A stretch of 64,000 nt of DNA, from the NCBI GenBank assembly GCA_938045445.1, contig CALIMM010000015.1:122648-186647 (forward strand), written 5' to 3'. Of this stretch, positions 54,031 to 62,471 are shown piece by piece. Within the stretch, counting starts at the first letter, position 1, and each line of letters begins with the position of its first letter. The notes beneath the pieces are model-generated. The model was not told the DNA's origin and did no database searches. It was given only the letters and a program-made list of their open reading frames with translations. The translations under genes were made by a program, and so were the position numbers. The DNA is from an uncultured Candidatus Saccharibacteria bacterium. Lineage in GTDB: Bacteria; Patescibacteriota; Saccharimonadia; Saccharimonadales; Saccharimonadaceae.

Positions 54031-55578
54031 TTAGTGCGACCCGGCCGATGATGGTGTTGCCCGCTCAGTCTCTTCGAAACTGAGGTTGTCGTGGCTGTGC
54101 TGTATGGCCGGCGCTGGGCGCGAAGGTGTGGCTCCTGGCTGAGGCACTGATGCCGCATGATGAGTGGTTGATGGTTGCCCTGCTGCGGCGTTGACGGGCT
54201 GTGCTGGAGCAGAATGCGCTGCAGCAACGGGAGCTGGGCGGATGGCATCGTAGAGTGGATGATCGACTGGTGAGACCGACGGATGAGCGGCTGCACTGCC
54301 CTGGAGCAACGCCGCGGCTAGTGCATCAGACGGGTCTGCAGCAATGGCCTGTGGGCTGTGTGGCGTAATAGCTGCGCTATCAGCAGCCTCGTGATGTTCG
54401 TGGTGAGTAACTGGTGGCTGCGCTGAGGCTGCTGGTGCTGGATGGCTTGGCGCTGGTGTGCTATATGCTGTGGCGGCTGGCGGTTGCGGCTCAACAGGGG
54501 TTGGCATGGTATCCATCTGCTCATTAAGGCTGGCCACGGCGTCTGTGACGAGCTGGTTTTGGCTTGGCTGGTAGGTGGCTGCATCGGTGTCTGCCTCATC
54601 ATCGGTCTGCTGTGTGCTCATGTGGAGAGCTTCGGCCAATTCGGCTTCGTCGTCGGCTGGAGTGTGGGTGTAGTGAGCAGGCTGGCTCGCCACAATGTGG
54701 TGATGTACATCTGGAATACCTGATGGCGCTGTGCTGTGCGGCGCAATAATATCGTTAATAAGTGGCTGCGTAGCGGGAGTATCACTGGCTGGTGGTGTGT
54801 GCAGATGTGTAGCTTCTGCTGGGCTTGGTGCGCTATTAGCAGGGGCTGGGTGTTCATCGTGATGCCTGATGATCTCAGCCTCTGGTGTTTCTTCGGCTGG
54901 CGGCAAGGTGAATGGCTGTGGCGTGGTGGGCCCGGCCGGTGGCGTGGGCGTCGTGGGTTGTGGAGCGCCATTGGCGGCGTCCAGCTCGTCGTCTATTAAG
55001 CTGGCATAATCTGGCCTCGGCATCGAAGATTGCAGGGGGTGGATCACTCGCTCACCCAGGCTGGCTGGCCGCGGTGTAGAGAATGGCGCTGTGGGCTGCG
55101 GCAGTGTGGTAGGCTGGGGCTGACTGGCTAGTGGCACTGGGTTGGCTGGTGCGCTTGGCTGAGGTTCAGGAGTGGTATGTGCTGCTGGCCGGTGGCTCAC
55201 CCCTGTATCGCCAAGGACGTCGTGCACAGCACGCACTACATCTTCAATGCCAACCTGCGATTTGACGAGGTAGCGGTCTGCTCCCAGTGCCTCGCCGCGC
55301 ATGCGCTGGTCTTGGCTCGAGAGTGCTGTCATGATAATCACCTTGATGCCACGCGTCTCGGTGGTGCTGCGCAAGATATCGAGCATGTCGAAGCCACTAA
55401 TCTTGGGCATCATCACATCGCTGATGATGAGCTGTGGACGTTCTTTGATAGCCATGGCGAGTGCTTCTTCCCCATCGCCGGCCGACACGATGTCATACCC
55501 CTCGGCCAACAGGCGTACTCCGTATATTTCGCGCAGGCTTTTGTCGTCTTCGACAAGCAGAATCTTAACCTTTGTCAT
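54031..55578 (-). CDS. Response-regulator receiver domain fused to a ~390-aa P/A/T/H-rich low-complexity tail
   Basis: MTKVKILLVEDDKSLREIYG...LIISDVMMPKISGFDML...IIMTALS...YLVKS is a CheY-like receiver. The remainder has no recognisable output domain. Confidence 0.85.
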   Translation of the reverse strand: MTKVKILLVEDDKSLREIYGVRLLAEGYDIVSAGDGEEALAMAIKERPQLIISDVMMPKISGFDMLDILRSTTETRGIKVIIMTALSSQDQRMRGEALGADRYLVKSQVGIEDVVRAVHDVLGDTGVSHRPAAHTTPEPQPSAPANPVPLASQPQPTTLPQPTAPFSTPRPASLGERVIHPLQSSMPRPDYASLIDDELDAANGAPQPTTPTPPAGPTTPQPFTLPPAEETPEAEIIRHHDEHPAPANSAPSPAEATHLHTPPASDTPATQPLINDIIAPHSTAPSGIPDVHHHIVASQPAHYTHTPADDEAELAEALHMSTQQTDDEADTDAATYQPSQNQLVTDAVASLNEQMDTMPTPVEPQPPAATAYSTPAPSHPAPAASAQPPVTHHEHHEAADSAAITPHSPQAIAADPSDALAAALLQGSAAAHPSVSPVDHPLYDAIRPAPVAAAHSAPAQPVNAAAGQPSTTHHAASVPQPGATPSRPAPAIQHSHDNLSFEETERATPSSAGSH

Positions 55579-55707
55579 ATCACCCTCTATTGTACGCAAT
55601 TGTCAGCGAAAATACCATAGTGCTTGTGGTTTTTTTGAGAGGAATTGATAGAAAGAGCCGCCTCAGTGGTGGTGTGGGCGCACAATTGGATTTGCATAGA
55701 GAGATTG

Positions 55708-55772
55708 GAAGAACGTATCTGAAGGCCAGCGATGCAGGAAGCGGGAGCGCTCTGTGTATATCTTCGGCATGG
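55708..55772. repeat. Copy B of the ~60-nt intergenic repeat
   Basis: GAAGAACGTATCTGAAGGCCAGCGATGCAGGAAGCGGGAGCGCTCTGTGTATATCTTCGGCAT aligns with 17654-17712. Confidence 0.5.
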
Positions 55773-55890
55773 ATACTGTGAGCGTAGCTATAAGTATGAG
55801 AGGTTTGGAGGTTTTGGGCGTAGATGTGTAACTATTGACTATAAATCCATGCCGTGGTATTATATTGTCTCTAACAGAGGAAGATGAACT

Positions 55891-56349
55891 ATGACAACAA
55901 CATCACAAATGCGACATGCCGGAGCTTCATATAAGCACCGAGCACGGCACAAAAGTGAGAAGCCAAGCTGGGTCACGCGTTTTGCAGAAAAATTGCAATC
56001 GCCCGAGCGATCCTCACGGCGTGAGAAAGCAGCGCGGGCACTAGGGATGCTGGCCACCATTGGCGCCACGCTGACAGCTGCAACAGGTATTAGTCTCTAT
56101 CATGACAGTGGCAATATGGAGCCGGTGGGTAACCTGCTCAACCCAGTCGCTGAGCACGTGATGACGACGGATGAGGATATTGCCGCAGCAAATTTTTCGG
56201 ATAGTCTTGCGCTTGAAGGTCGCCAGATGGAAGAGACGGTCATGCACGGGGTAGCGCGTGGTACTGAGGCGACGGCTCTTAGCTCTATCACGCTATATCT
56301 GCTCAATGAGCGAGCGCACAGATCTTCACGCAAGAAGGCTCAGCCATAA
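55891..56349 (+). CDS. Hypothetical membrane protein (152 aa)
   Basis: SD-like GAGGAAG. It has a basic N-terminus and one TM helix (ALGMLATIGATLTAATGISLY). It lies between the response regulator and the histidine kinase on the opposite strand. Confidence 0.6.
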   Translation: MTTTSQMRHAGASYKHRARHKSEKPSWVTRFAEKLQSPERSSRREKAARALGMLATIGATLTAATGISLYHDSGNMEPVGNLLNPVAEHVMTTDEDIAAANFSDSLALEGRQMEETVMHGVARGTEATALSSITLYLLNERAHRSSRKKAQP

Positions 56350-56511
56350 GCGTGTGATGGACGAGAGCTTTACCTCCCAGTATTTGGTAGGGTTCACTCC
56401 CCTTCTCGCTTTTTGCTACAGGAGGGGTACTAGTAGCAGGTTTTAATATAAAAGAGGCCAGTATTGTGGAAAATATCGGCCTCTATAATTATTTCGAGAT
56501 AGGCGTGAGGT

Positions 56512-58575
56512 TTACCGCACTGCCCGTGGTGGCGCAGCAGAGCGCGGCGTGGTGAGGACATCACGGACGCGAGTAGGGCTGCGCTTGGGTTGGCTGGTGG
56601 CGATAATGTGCGCCGTGGGCGATGTACTGGGCGTAGGTTGCGGTGTGGTACTTAATGAGGCGGAAGGAGTAGTTTGGGCAGCGGTAACAGCGGTAGATTG
56701 CACGTTTTTTGCTGTGGATGGCGTAGCTGCGCGGCTGTTCTTTTGGGCTGGGTGCTGGGCGCGAGTAGCTAGGCTTGGCTGCGGCAAAAAGCCTTGGCCC
56801 TGGAGTGTGGCTGTGGCAAAAGTTGGCACTGGGCGAGGCGGGGTTGCCTCGGCTACTTGTACTGCTGTCTTGGCTTTGGCAGCGAGGGCGGTTTGAGCAT
56901 CGTGCTCGCTCAAGCGCGGGAGCTCAAGGAAGAAGGTACTTCCCTGCCGGTAAGCACTCTCCACCCACAAGCGGCCACCCATCACCTCTGTAAGGCGGCG
57001 ACTAAGATAGAGCCCTAGGCCAGTGCCGCCAATCTCGCGCGTGTCCGAATTATCTACTCGATAGAACTTTTGGAAGAGGTGTGACTGATCTTCTACTGGT
57101 ATGCCAATGCCAGTATCGGCAATGGCGATTGTCACGCGCCCACTACCACCAGTCACATCCACTGTTATATGCCCGCTGGGAGTGTACTTGATAGCATTCT
57201 CCACCAGATTATCGAGCACCTCACGCAGTTGGTCTGGGTCGACATAGACATAAAAGGCAGGGCTAAGCGTCCGGCTAGTAAAGGTAGCGCTATGCTCACC
57301 GCCAGTTGCACCAGGGCGTGGCTTGAAGATAAGCTGGAGCTTTTTGTCCTCAGCTTTGTGGCGCAGCCCCTCTACAATGTCGCTGACAAAGGGGATGAGG
57401 TCGATCGCTTCAGGATTGCTCTGCAAGCGGCCATCGTCGGCTTTGCTTACATCTAGCAGGTCTTGGAAGAGCCGGCCGAGGTGCTCAGCCGAGCGGTGGG
57501 CTTTGGTAATGAAGTCGCGAGCGCGCTGGTCGATGGTGGCGGTGGCGGGGTTAAGGGTGAGGCCAAGGTAGCCCTCGATTGACGCTACAGGGGTACGCAT
57601 CTCGTGGCTGGCGGTGCTAATGAACTCGGCTTTTTGGCGTTCCTCGGCCTTTTCCTTTGTCACGTCACGAAAGACGACGATGACTCCACTACCTGGCTCG
57701 CTGCTGACGGGCGAAATGACGAGTGAGATGATCGGTGTCTTGCCAGAGCTCGTCACGAGGCGTAGGCGGTCGGTGGTGAGGGGCTGGTTGTCCGCCAGGA
57801 CGGCAGCGATGGGGTCGGTATCATTGGTAATGGGGTCGTTCTTGGCGTCGATAAGCTTGAGGACGGATTGGTAGCTGAGGCCCAGAGCATCTTCGTCACC
57901 CCAGCCCACAAGACGTTGGGCTGCTGGATTGATAAGTTCAATCATCCCATCTGCGTCCAGCGCCATCACACCATCACCAATTGCATTGAGCACGATATCC
58001 GACTTGCCTGCCACCCGGCTGAGCGTGGCGGCAAGCTCGCGGTATGAGGTAGTGCGAGCCTGTGCGGCGCGATCATCTGGCCCCCAGAGCAAGCACCCCA
58101 CTAGGATGGGTAGCTCGCCCGTGAGCATGGCACTGGGGATCATTGTACTTGTAATATGCCCCGACAGCACTCCCCAACTGAGGTAGGCATTGACTAGCAA
58201 CAAGACGAGCGCTAGCCCTACCCAGCCAAAGAACATTGCAAAGACTGCTACCAAAAGCCAGGCTGCAATGAAGGGTGAGCTCAGCCCACCAGTGCCAATA
58301 ATGAGCGCGCCTGTTGTAGCAATGGCGCAGAGATACACTACCAGACTCGCCTGCCCAAGCCGCTGCTGTGGTGGCCAGATGTGAAGCACCGCTGCCACGA
58401 CCCCTGTTATACCGGCCAAGATAACGGCAATGAGTGGCATGCCAAGCACGAGGTTGTATTGATCCACCCCGCCAAAGTGCCGCCATGCCCACAGCGCCAC
58501 GATGATGACGGCATAGAGCATGCTTGCCTCGCACAAGCGCCGGTGCCAAAACCGGCTGATTTGTTGCACCCCCAT
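56512..58575 (-). CDS. Multi-pass membrane PAS/HisKA/HATPase sensor histidine kinase with a low-complexity C-tail
   Basis: The H-box is FISTASHEMRTPVASIEGY. The N, G1 and G2 boxes are NLVENAIKYTP, DTGIGIP and GGTGLGL. There are about 6 N-terminal TM helices. The C-terminal ~110 aa are A/T/P/S/Q-rich. Confidence 0.9.
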   Translation of the reverse strand: MGVQQISRFWHRRLCEASMLYAVIIVALWAWRHFGGVDQYNLVLGMPLIAVILAGITGVVAAVLHIWPPQQRLGQASLVVYLCAIATTGALIIGTGGLSSPFIAAWLLVAVFAMFFGWVGLALVLLLVNAYLSWGVLSGHITSTMIPSAMLTGELPILVGCLLWGPDDRAAQARTTSYRELAATLSRVAGKSDIVLNAIGDGVMALDADGMIELINPAAQRLVGWGDEDALGLSYQSVLKLIDAKNDPITNDTDPIAAVLADNQPLTTDRLRLVTSSGKTPIISLVISPVSSEPGSGVIVVFRDVTKEKAEERQKAEFISTASHEMRTPVASIEGYLGLTLNPATATIDQRARDFITKAHRSAEHLGRLFQDLLDVSKADDGRLQSNPEAIDLIPFVSDIVEGLRHKAEDKKLQLIFKPRPGATGGEHSATFTSRTLSPAFYVYVDPDQLREVLDNLVENAIKYTPSGHITVDVTGGSGRVTIAIADTGIGIPVEDQSHLFQKFYRVDNSDTREIGGTGLGLYLSRRLTEVMGGRLWVESAYRQGSTFFLELPRLSEHDAQTALAAKAKTAVQVAEATPPRPVPTFATATLQGQGFLPQPSLATRAQHPAQKNSRAATPSTAKNVQSTAVTAAQTTPSASLSTTPQPTPSTSPTAHIIATSQPKRSPTRVRDVLTTPRSAAPPRAVR

Positions 58576-58753
58576 TGGTTATCCCCCTTATGCTTTGTGT
58601 GTATTATAGCGGATTGCTTGGGTGATGGCAATGGAGTACTGGGCGAGATAGCCGCGCTCGCTGTCAGTCACTTCTTATAATCCTAGTAGTAATTTATTCG
58701 CCCATTTTTCTCCACAATGTGCTACAATAGTGCCAGAAAACAAAGGAGGCCAT

Positions 58754-59023
58754 ATGGCAAAAAAATCAACCAAAGCAGCGGCCAAAGCAGCCGCGCCAGC
58801 AACAACCACCACCAAGACGAAGGTCACGGTATCGACCGCTCGCAAAAAGACGCCCAAGCAAATGCTCGACATTCTGCTCATCGCAGCCTGCCTGGTGCTC
58901 AGCGTTATCGTAGTGGTACTGAGTATCTCGCACAGCATCGACCCGCACACCGCCATCGTCATGCTTAGCATCGGTCTGGCCTGTCTCAGTGCCTATGTGC
59001 TTAACCATGCAGCAAGCCGGTAG
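58754..59023 (+). CDS. Small membrane protein with a Lys/Ala/Thr-rich N-terminus (89 aa)
   Basis: SD AAAGGAGG (58743-58750) precedes ATG 58754. There are two TM helices. Confidence 0.7.
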   Translation: MAKKSTKAAAKAAAPATTTTKTKVTVSTARKKTPKQMLDILLIAACLVLSVIVVVLSISHSIDPHTAIVMLSIGLACLSAYVLNHAASR

Positions 59024-59047
59024 AACCCCTGCTCTACTGCTCTTAAT

Positions 59048-59080
59048 AAATAACCCGTTCACAATGGCGGGTTATTTTAC
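59048..59080 (+). terminator. Rho-independent terminator
   Basis: AAATAACCCG (59048-59057) pairs with CGGGTTATTT (59068-59077), followed by a T-rich run. Confidence 0.75.
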
Positions 59081-59151
59081 ATTTTGCTATAAACTGCGGC
59101 TATGTAGAGGAGATGTGGGTACGCTGTGTGCTGGAAACGTAAGGTGCAGCA

Positions 59152-60639
59152 CTACGTGCCTGGCACATACACCACAAGTGTGCCGTCCTTGCTGGTGCTA
59201 GCGATGAGGTTGCTGCGGATGGTGAGGCTGCGCATGTCGGTGGCTTTGATGGTGAGAACGGTGCTGCCATCGGCGACTTTGACGATCTTGAGGCCTTTGC
59301 TACCGCTGGCTTGGATACCGGCAGAGTGGAGGTTGCTCGTGAGGAGGAGTGAGCCATCCAGGCTGGCGGAGACAACATTACCGCCGTCGGCCAGGGTGAG
59401 TGTGCCACCGCCGGTGCGGCTATAGGTGGCCTGGCTGAGGGCGAAGTCTTGGGTGTTTTGGCTGGCAATACGCAGGAACTCTCTACCCTGCCCATTCACA
59501 ACAACGCGCGGCATATCTGTGGTGAGAGCCTCTCGGGGGTAGGTTGGCGCAGTAGTGCCAGCGGGGTTAGTAAAGGAACTGGCGGCTGGGCTGAGCTTGT
59601 AGGCGCTATTAACAGTGCTGCGGCCGCGTGGCGTGCCATCAAGGCCATAGCTCTCGAAGGTCTCTTGCCCGCTTGATTGGATGGTATTACTGCCAGCAGT
59701 GCCCTCCAGCCAGCCATCGCTTGCTAGGGTGACGTTGCTAGAGCTGGCTGTGCGCTGCACTTCGCGTGTGCCACTCGTGATGTCGTACACGGTGATGACA
59801 GTGGTCGATTGGTCTGCAGTGGTCGCCTGGCGCTCATTCGTAATGACGACACCGGTGGTGGTACGCGAAGTAGCATGCTTGCTGGGCGACTTCTGGGATG
59901 GCTTGGCACCGTGGTCTTTCTCGGTATTGCGGCGGCAGATGAGCTTGCTCCCGCCCGCCATAATGCAGGTGGCGGTGGGGTTCTGAAAATCACCACTGGT
60001 GATAGTGCGGATACCCCCTGCAGCGGCGTAGAAGGTGGCGGTGGCGCTCTCGCCAATAATGTCTTGCTGTTGGCTATCTGTGCCGTAATATGTAAGCGTA
60101 GTAGGCTGGGTAGCTACAGGGGTAGTATAGAGAACCTTGGCGGTAGCAAGCTCCACCGCCGTAATGACCGAGCGCCCCCGCTGTTGGCTGGCGCAATATA
60201 CTACTCCACGCGGCGTCACACTGCTGCAGGTACTGGCCGGCCAAGTGGCAACTGGCTGCTTGCGCCCAGTATCCCAAATGCGGAGCACTGGTGTGGTATC
60301 CTGCGCACCCTGCCCTGCAATGGCAAGCCGCGAGTGGTCGGCTGTGCTACCCAAGAAGCTCAAGCCACCCTGCCCCGCCGCAAATCGCACTGCGCGCTGG
60401 CCTGCTCCATAACCATTAGCCAGAAACATATCGGTGCGCGATGGCGTGGCCGACACTGCCGCTGCTTGCATGCGCTGCGGCGAGGAGAGAAGGGTTACTA
60501 CCGCAGCAATGGCCGAGAGCACCACAGTGATGGCCGCCGCAAGCATTACCCATAGCATGAGTGTGCTATGCCGCCGTTTGGCAGGGCGTTGTGGCGGGTG
60601 CTCTCCCAGCACAGATGTCGGAACGGGTGAAATATCCAT
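59152..60639 (-). CDS. Membrane-anchored extracytoplasmic protein, probably beta-rich (495 aa)
   Basis: It has an N-terminal cytoplasmic stub, one TM helix (LMLWVMLAAAITVVLSAIAAVVTLL), then a long S/T/G/A-rich ectodomain. I recognise no catalytic motif. Confidence 0.75.
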   Translation of the reverse strand: MDISPVPTSVLGEHPPQRPAKRRHSTLMLWVMLAAAITVVLSAIAAVVTLLSSPQRMQAAAVSATPSRTDMFLANGYGAGQRAVRFAAGQGGLSFLGSTADHSRLAIAGQGAQDTTPVLRIWDTGRKQPVATWPASTCSSVTPRGVVYCASQQRGRSVITAVELATAKVLYTTPVATQPTTLTYYGTDSQQQDIIGESATATFYAAAGGIRTITSGDFQNPTATCIMAGGSKLICRRNTEKDHGAKPSQKSPSKHATSRTTTGVVITNERQATTADQSTTVITVYDITSGTREVQRTASSSNVTLASDGWLEGTAGSNTIQSSGQETFESYGLDGTPRGRSTVNSAYKLSPAASSFTNPAGTTAPTYPREALTTDMPRVVVNGQGREFLRIASQNTQDFALSQATYSRTGGGTLTLADGGNVVSASLDGSLLLTSNLHSAGIQASGSKGLKIVKVADGSTVLTIKATDMRSLTIRSNLIASTSKDGTLVVYVPGT

Positions 60640-60800
60640 AGTAGCTTCGTGGTATGACGTAATTAGTGTGTCATTAGTATAGCAGATATTGCTGCAGCCA
60701 GAGCATGATTCTCAGCTCGCGCGGCAATAGAGCGGTATTATGGTGGACAAACCAGCGACTTTTTCGTATAATGGCACACAGCACTGCTACGTGCCTGCAC

Positions 60801-60875
60801 GGCCTCATCGTCTAACGGTTAGGACACCAGGTTTTCATCCTGGCAATCCGGGTTCGATTCCCGGTGAGGTCACCA
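60801..60875 (+). tRNA. tRNA-Glu (anticodon UUC), CCA encoded
   Basis: GGCCTCA-TC-GTCT-AACGGTT-AGGAC-A-CCAGG-TTTTCAT-CCTGG-CAAT-CCGGG-TTCGATT-CCCGG-TGAGGTC-A-CCA folds as a cloverleaf. The D-arm TCGTCTA..GG..AGGACAC is typical of tRNA-Glu. Confidence 0.93.
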
Positions 60876-60893
60876 CTATAGCTGCATTACGAT

Positions 60894-60920
60894 ACCTTGC
60901 CTCGGCGAGGTGTTTTTATT
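60894..60920 (+). terminator. Terminator after tRNA-Glu
   Basis: ACCTTGC (60894-60900), loop CTCG, GCGAGGT (60905-60911), then GTTTTTATTT. Confidence 0.65.
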
Positions 60921-61221
60921 TGCGGTATTATTTTGAGATATATAGCAAGAGCTAAAGCTTCAGAACTTCACCGTTGTATATAACGGACTGACCAAATAAG
61001 AAATATGGAGGTAGTGGCATATTGGCAAATATTCGCTATATCACTCTCGGCCGGAGTATACTTACTGCGATGCGCCTACTATGTGAGGGAAAGTTACCCC
61101 AATACGCTTGTTCGCTATTGCGTTCTACACAAAATGTAGTATAATCACCACATGACAACAGAGAGAGAGCAACAGAAGTAACACGCCGCACCCTGCTGAG
61201 TATGCAGCGCGGCAGGATAGA

Positions 61222-62097
61222 TTGAAGCGGTCGCTGGAGCTTATCTATACAGTAGCCGAGAGTACGCAGGCGCAAGATATGCTTGGTGTTCTTGCTGTAC
61301 GCCTAGTGGAGGCGATAGACTATGTGCGATTTCCAATGATTAACCACGATGGCTCTATACAAGAGATTCATCGGTGGGTACAAAAGCCAGTTATTCCGTT
61401 AATGGCGCTGCGCCCTGGTCAAGAAGTGCAGCTATCGATGGTAGGCATTACCGATCGACAGTACTTTGGAGCTAAAGAGCAAAATAATATTCATCCGATA
61501 GCACAAAATCAGATCACTCGCCACTTTTATAATGGAAAGACATCTGCAGCAAAACATAATGAAAAATTTAGTATAAGCAAGGGTGCTAGTGGATCGACGT
61601 ATACAAAACGATTCCCAATATTCATTGATCATCGTAAGAAAGGTAGTCCTGAGGTTGGAGCCGTGTTTGGTCAGCCTAGTGTAGCAGTCGATTATACTAG
61701 TGATAGTAACCCCGAAGATATATTATCTCATGAGCTAACTCATGCATTAGATATACTTGATGACCCAGTATGGCTCATGCAGCGTAACGAACCAAGAGAG
61801 AAACATACGTTAAGAAGAGAGTTACGAGGCTATGCCGTTGGTGCTCGAATTAGTCTATTAATTGCACAACGTCAAGGATTGAATATCATTGACGATGAGG
61901 AGTACTTTCGCAGCGTAGGTTTGTCTCATCACATTGAGAGAATACGAAACAGAATTAATGGCCCGATTGATTCCCCAAATGCTTTTGATCCAAACGACGA
62001 GATCATGCAGACACTAGATAGGGATGGGCTAAGCCGTATGTGGGATAAGAACAAGCGTAACGTTAAAAACGTCAGCTCTTCTTCATCCCCGCAATAA
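61222..62097 (+). CDS. Putative zinc metallopeptidase (HExxH), low-GC
   Basis: DILSHELTHALDIL contains HELTH (HExxH). The gene is AT-rich compared with its neighbours. The start is uncertain (TTG 61222 or ATG 61279). The 3' end overlaps the convergent response regulator by 26 nt. Confidence 0.6.
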   Translation: MKRSLELIYTVAESTQAQDMLGVLAVRLVEAIDYVRFPMINHDGSIQEIHRWVQKPVIPLMALRPGQEVQLSMVGITDRQYFGAKEQNNIHPIAQNQITRHFYNGKTSAAKHNEKFSISKGASGSTYTKRFPIFIDHRKKGSPEVGAVFGQPSVAVDYTSDSNPEDILSHELTHALDILDDPVWLMQRNEPREKHTLRRELRGYAVGARISLLIAQRQGLNIIDDEEYFRSVGLSHHIERIRNRINGPIDSPNAFDPNDEIMQTLDRDGLSRMWDKNKRNVKNVSSSSSPQ

Positions 62098-62449
62098 TCT
62101 CTAGCAATCGCCGTGGGGTGATCTCGGCTTTGATGAGGTAGCCGTCTACGCTGGCTTGGAGGGCGAGGCGGGTGGATTCGTCTTGGTCGAAGTTGGTCAT
62201 GATGACGATCTTCGTGCCAGCGATGTGTTGCGGCTCGGTGCGCAATGCCTCGAGGATCTCGCTGCCGCGCTTCTCGGGGAGCATGATGTCGAGCAGGATG
62301 AGGTCGTAGTGGTTGTTGCGTGCCGCCACGAGGCCGTCTGCCCCATCGATGAGCCAGTCTACCGCATAGCCTGCTTTGCGGAGGCTACGCACGTACATTT
62401 CGCCGATGAAGCGATCGTCTTCGATGACGAGAATCGTTTGAATTGCCAT
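62072..62449 (-). CDS. Single-domain (CheY-like) response regulator
   Basis: ILVIEDDRFIGEMY...LILLDIMLPEKRGSEIL...IVIMTNF...YLIKA. SD AGGAGAG. It lies 22 nt downstream of the kinase gene. Confidence 0.9.
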   Translation of the reverse strand: MAIQTILVIEDDRFIGEMYVRSLRKAGYAVDWLIDGADGLVAARNNHYDLILLDIMLPEKRGSEILEALRTEPQHIAGTKIVIMTNFDQDESTRLALQASVDGYLIKAEITPRRLLEIIAGMKKS

Positions 62450-62471
62450 AATTTCTCTCCTACTACCTCTG

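Noticed and set aside
60740-60955. 71-aa ORF on the plus strand
   Set aside because: It runs straight through tRNA-Glu (60801-60875), so it is a spurious frame.
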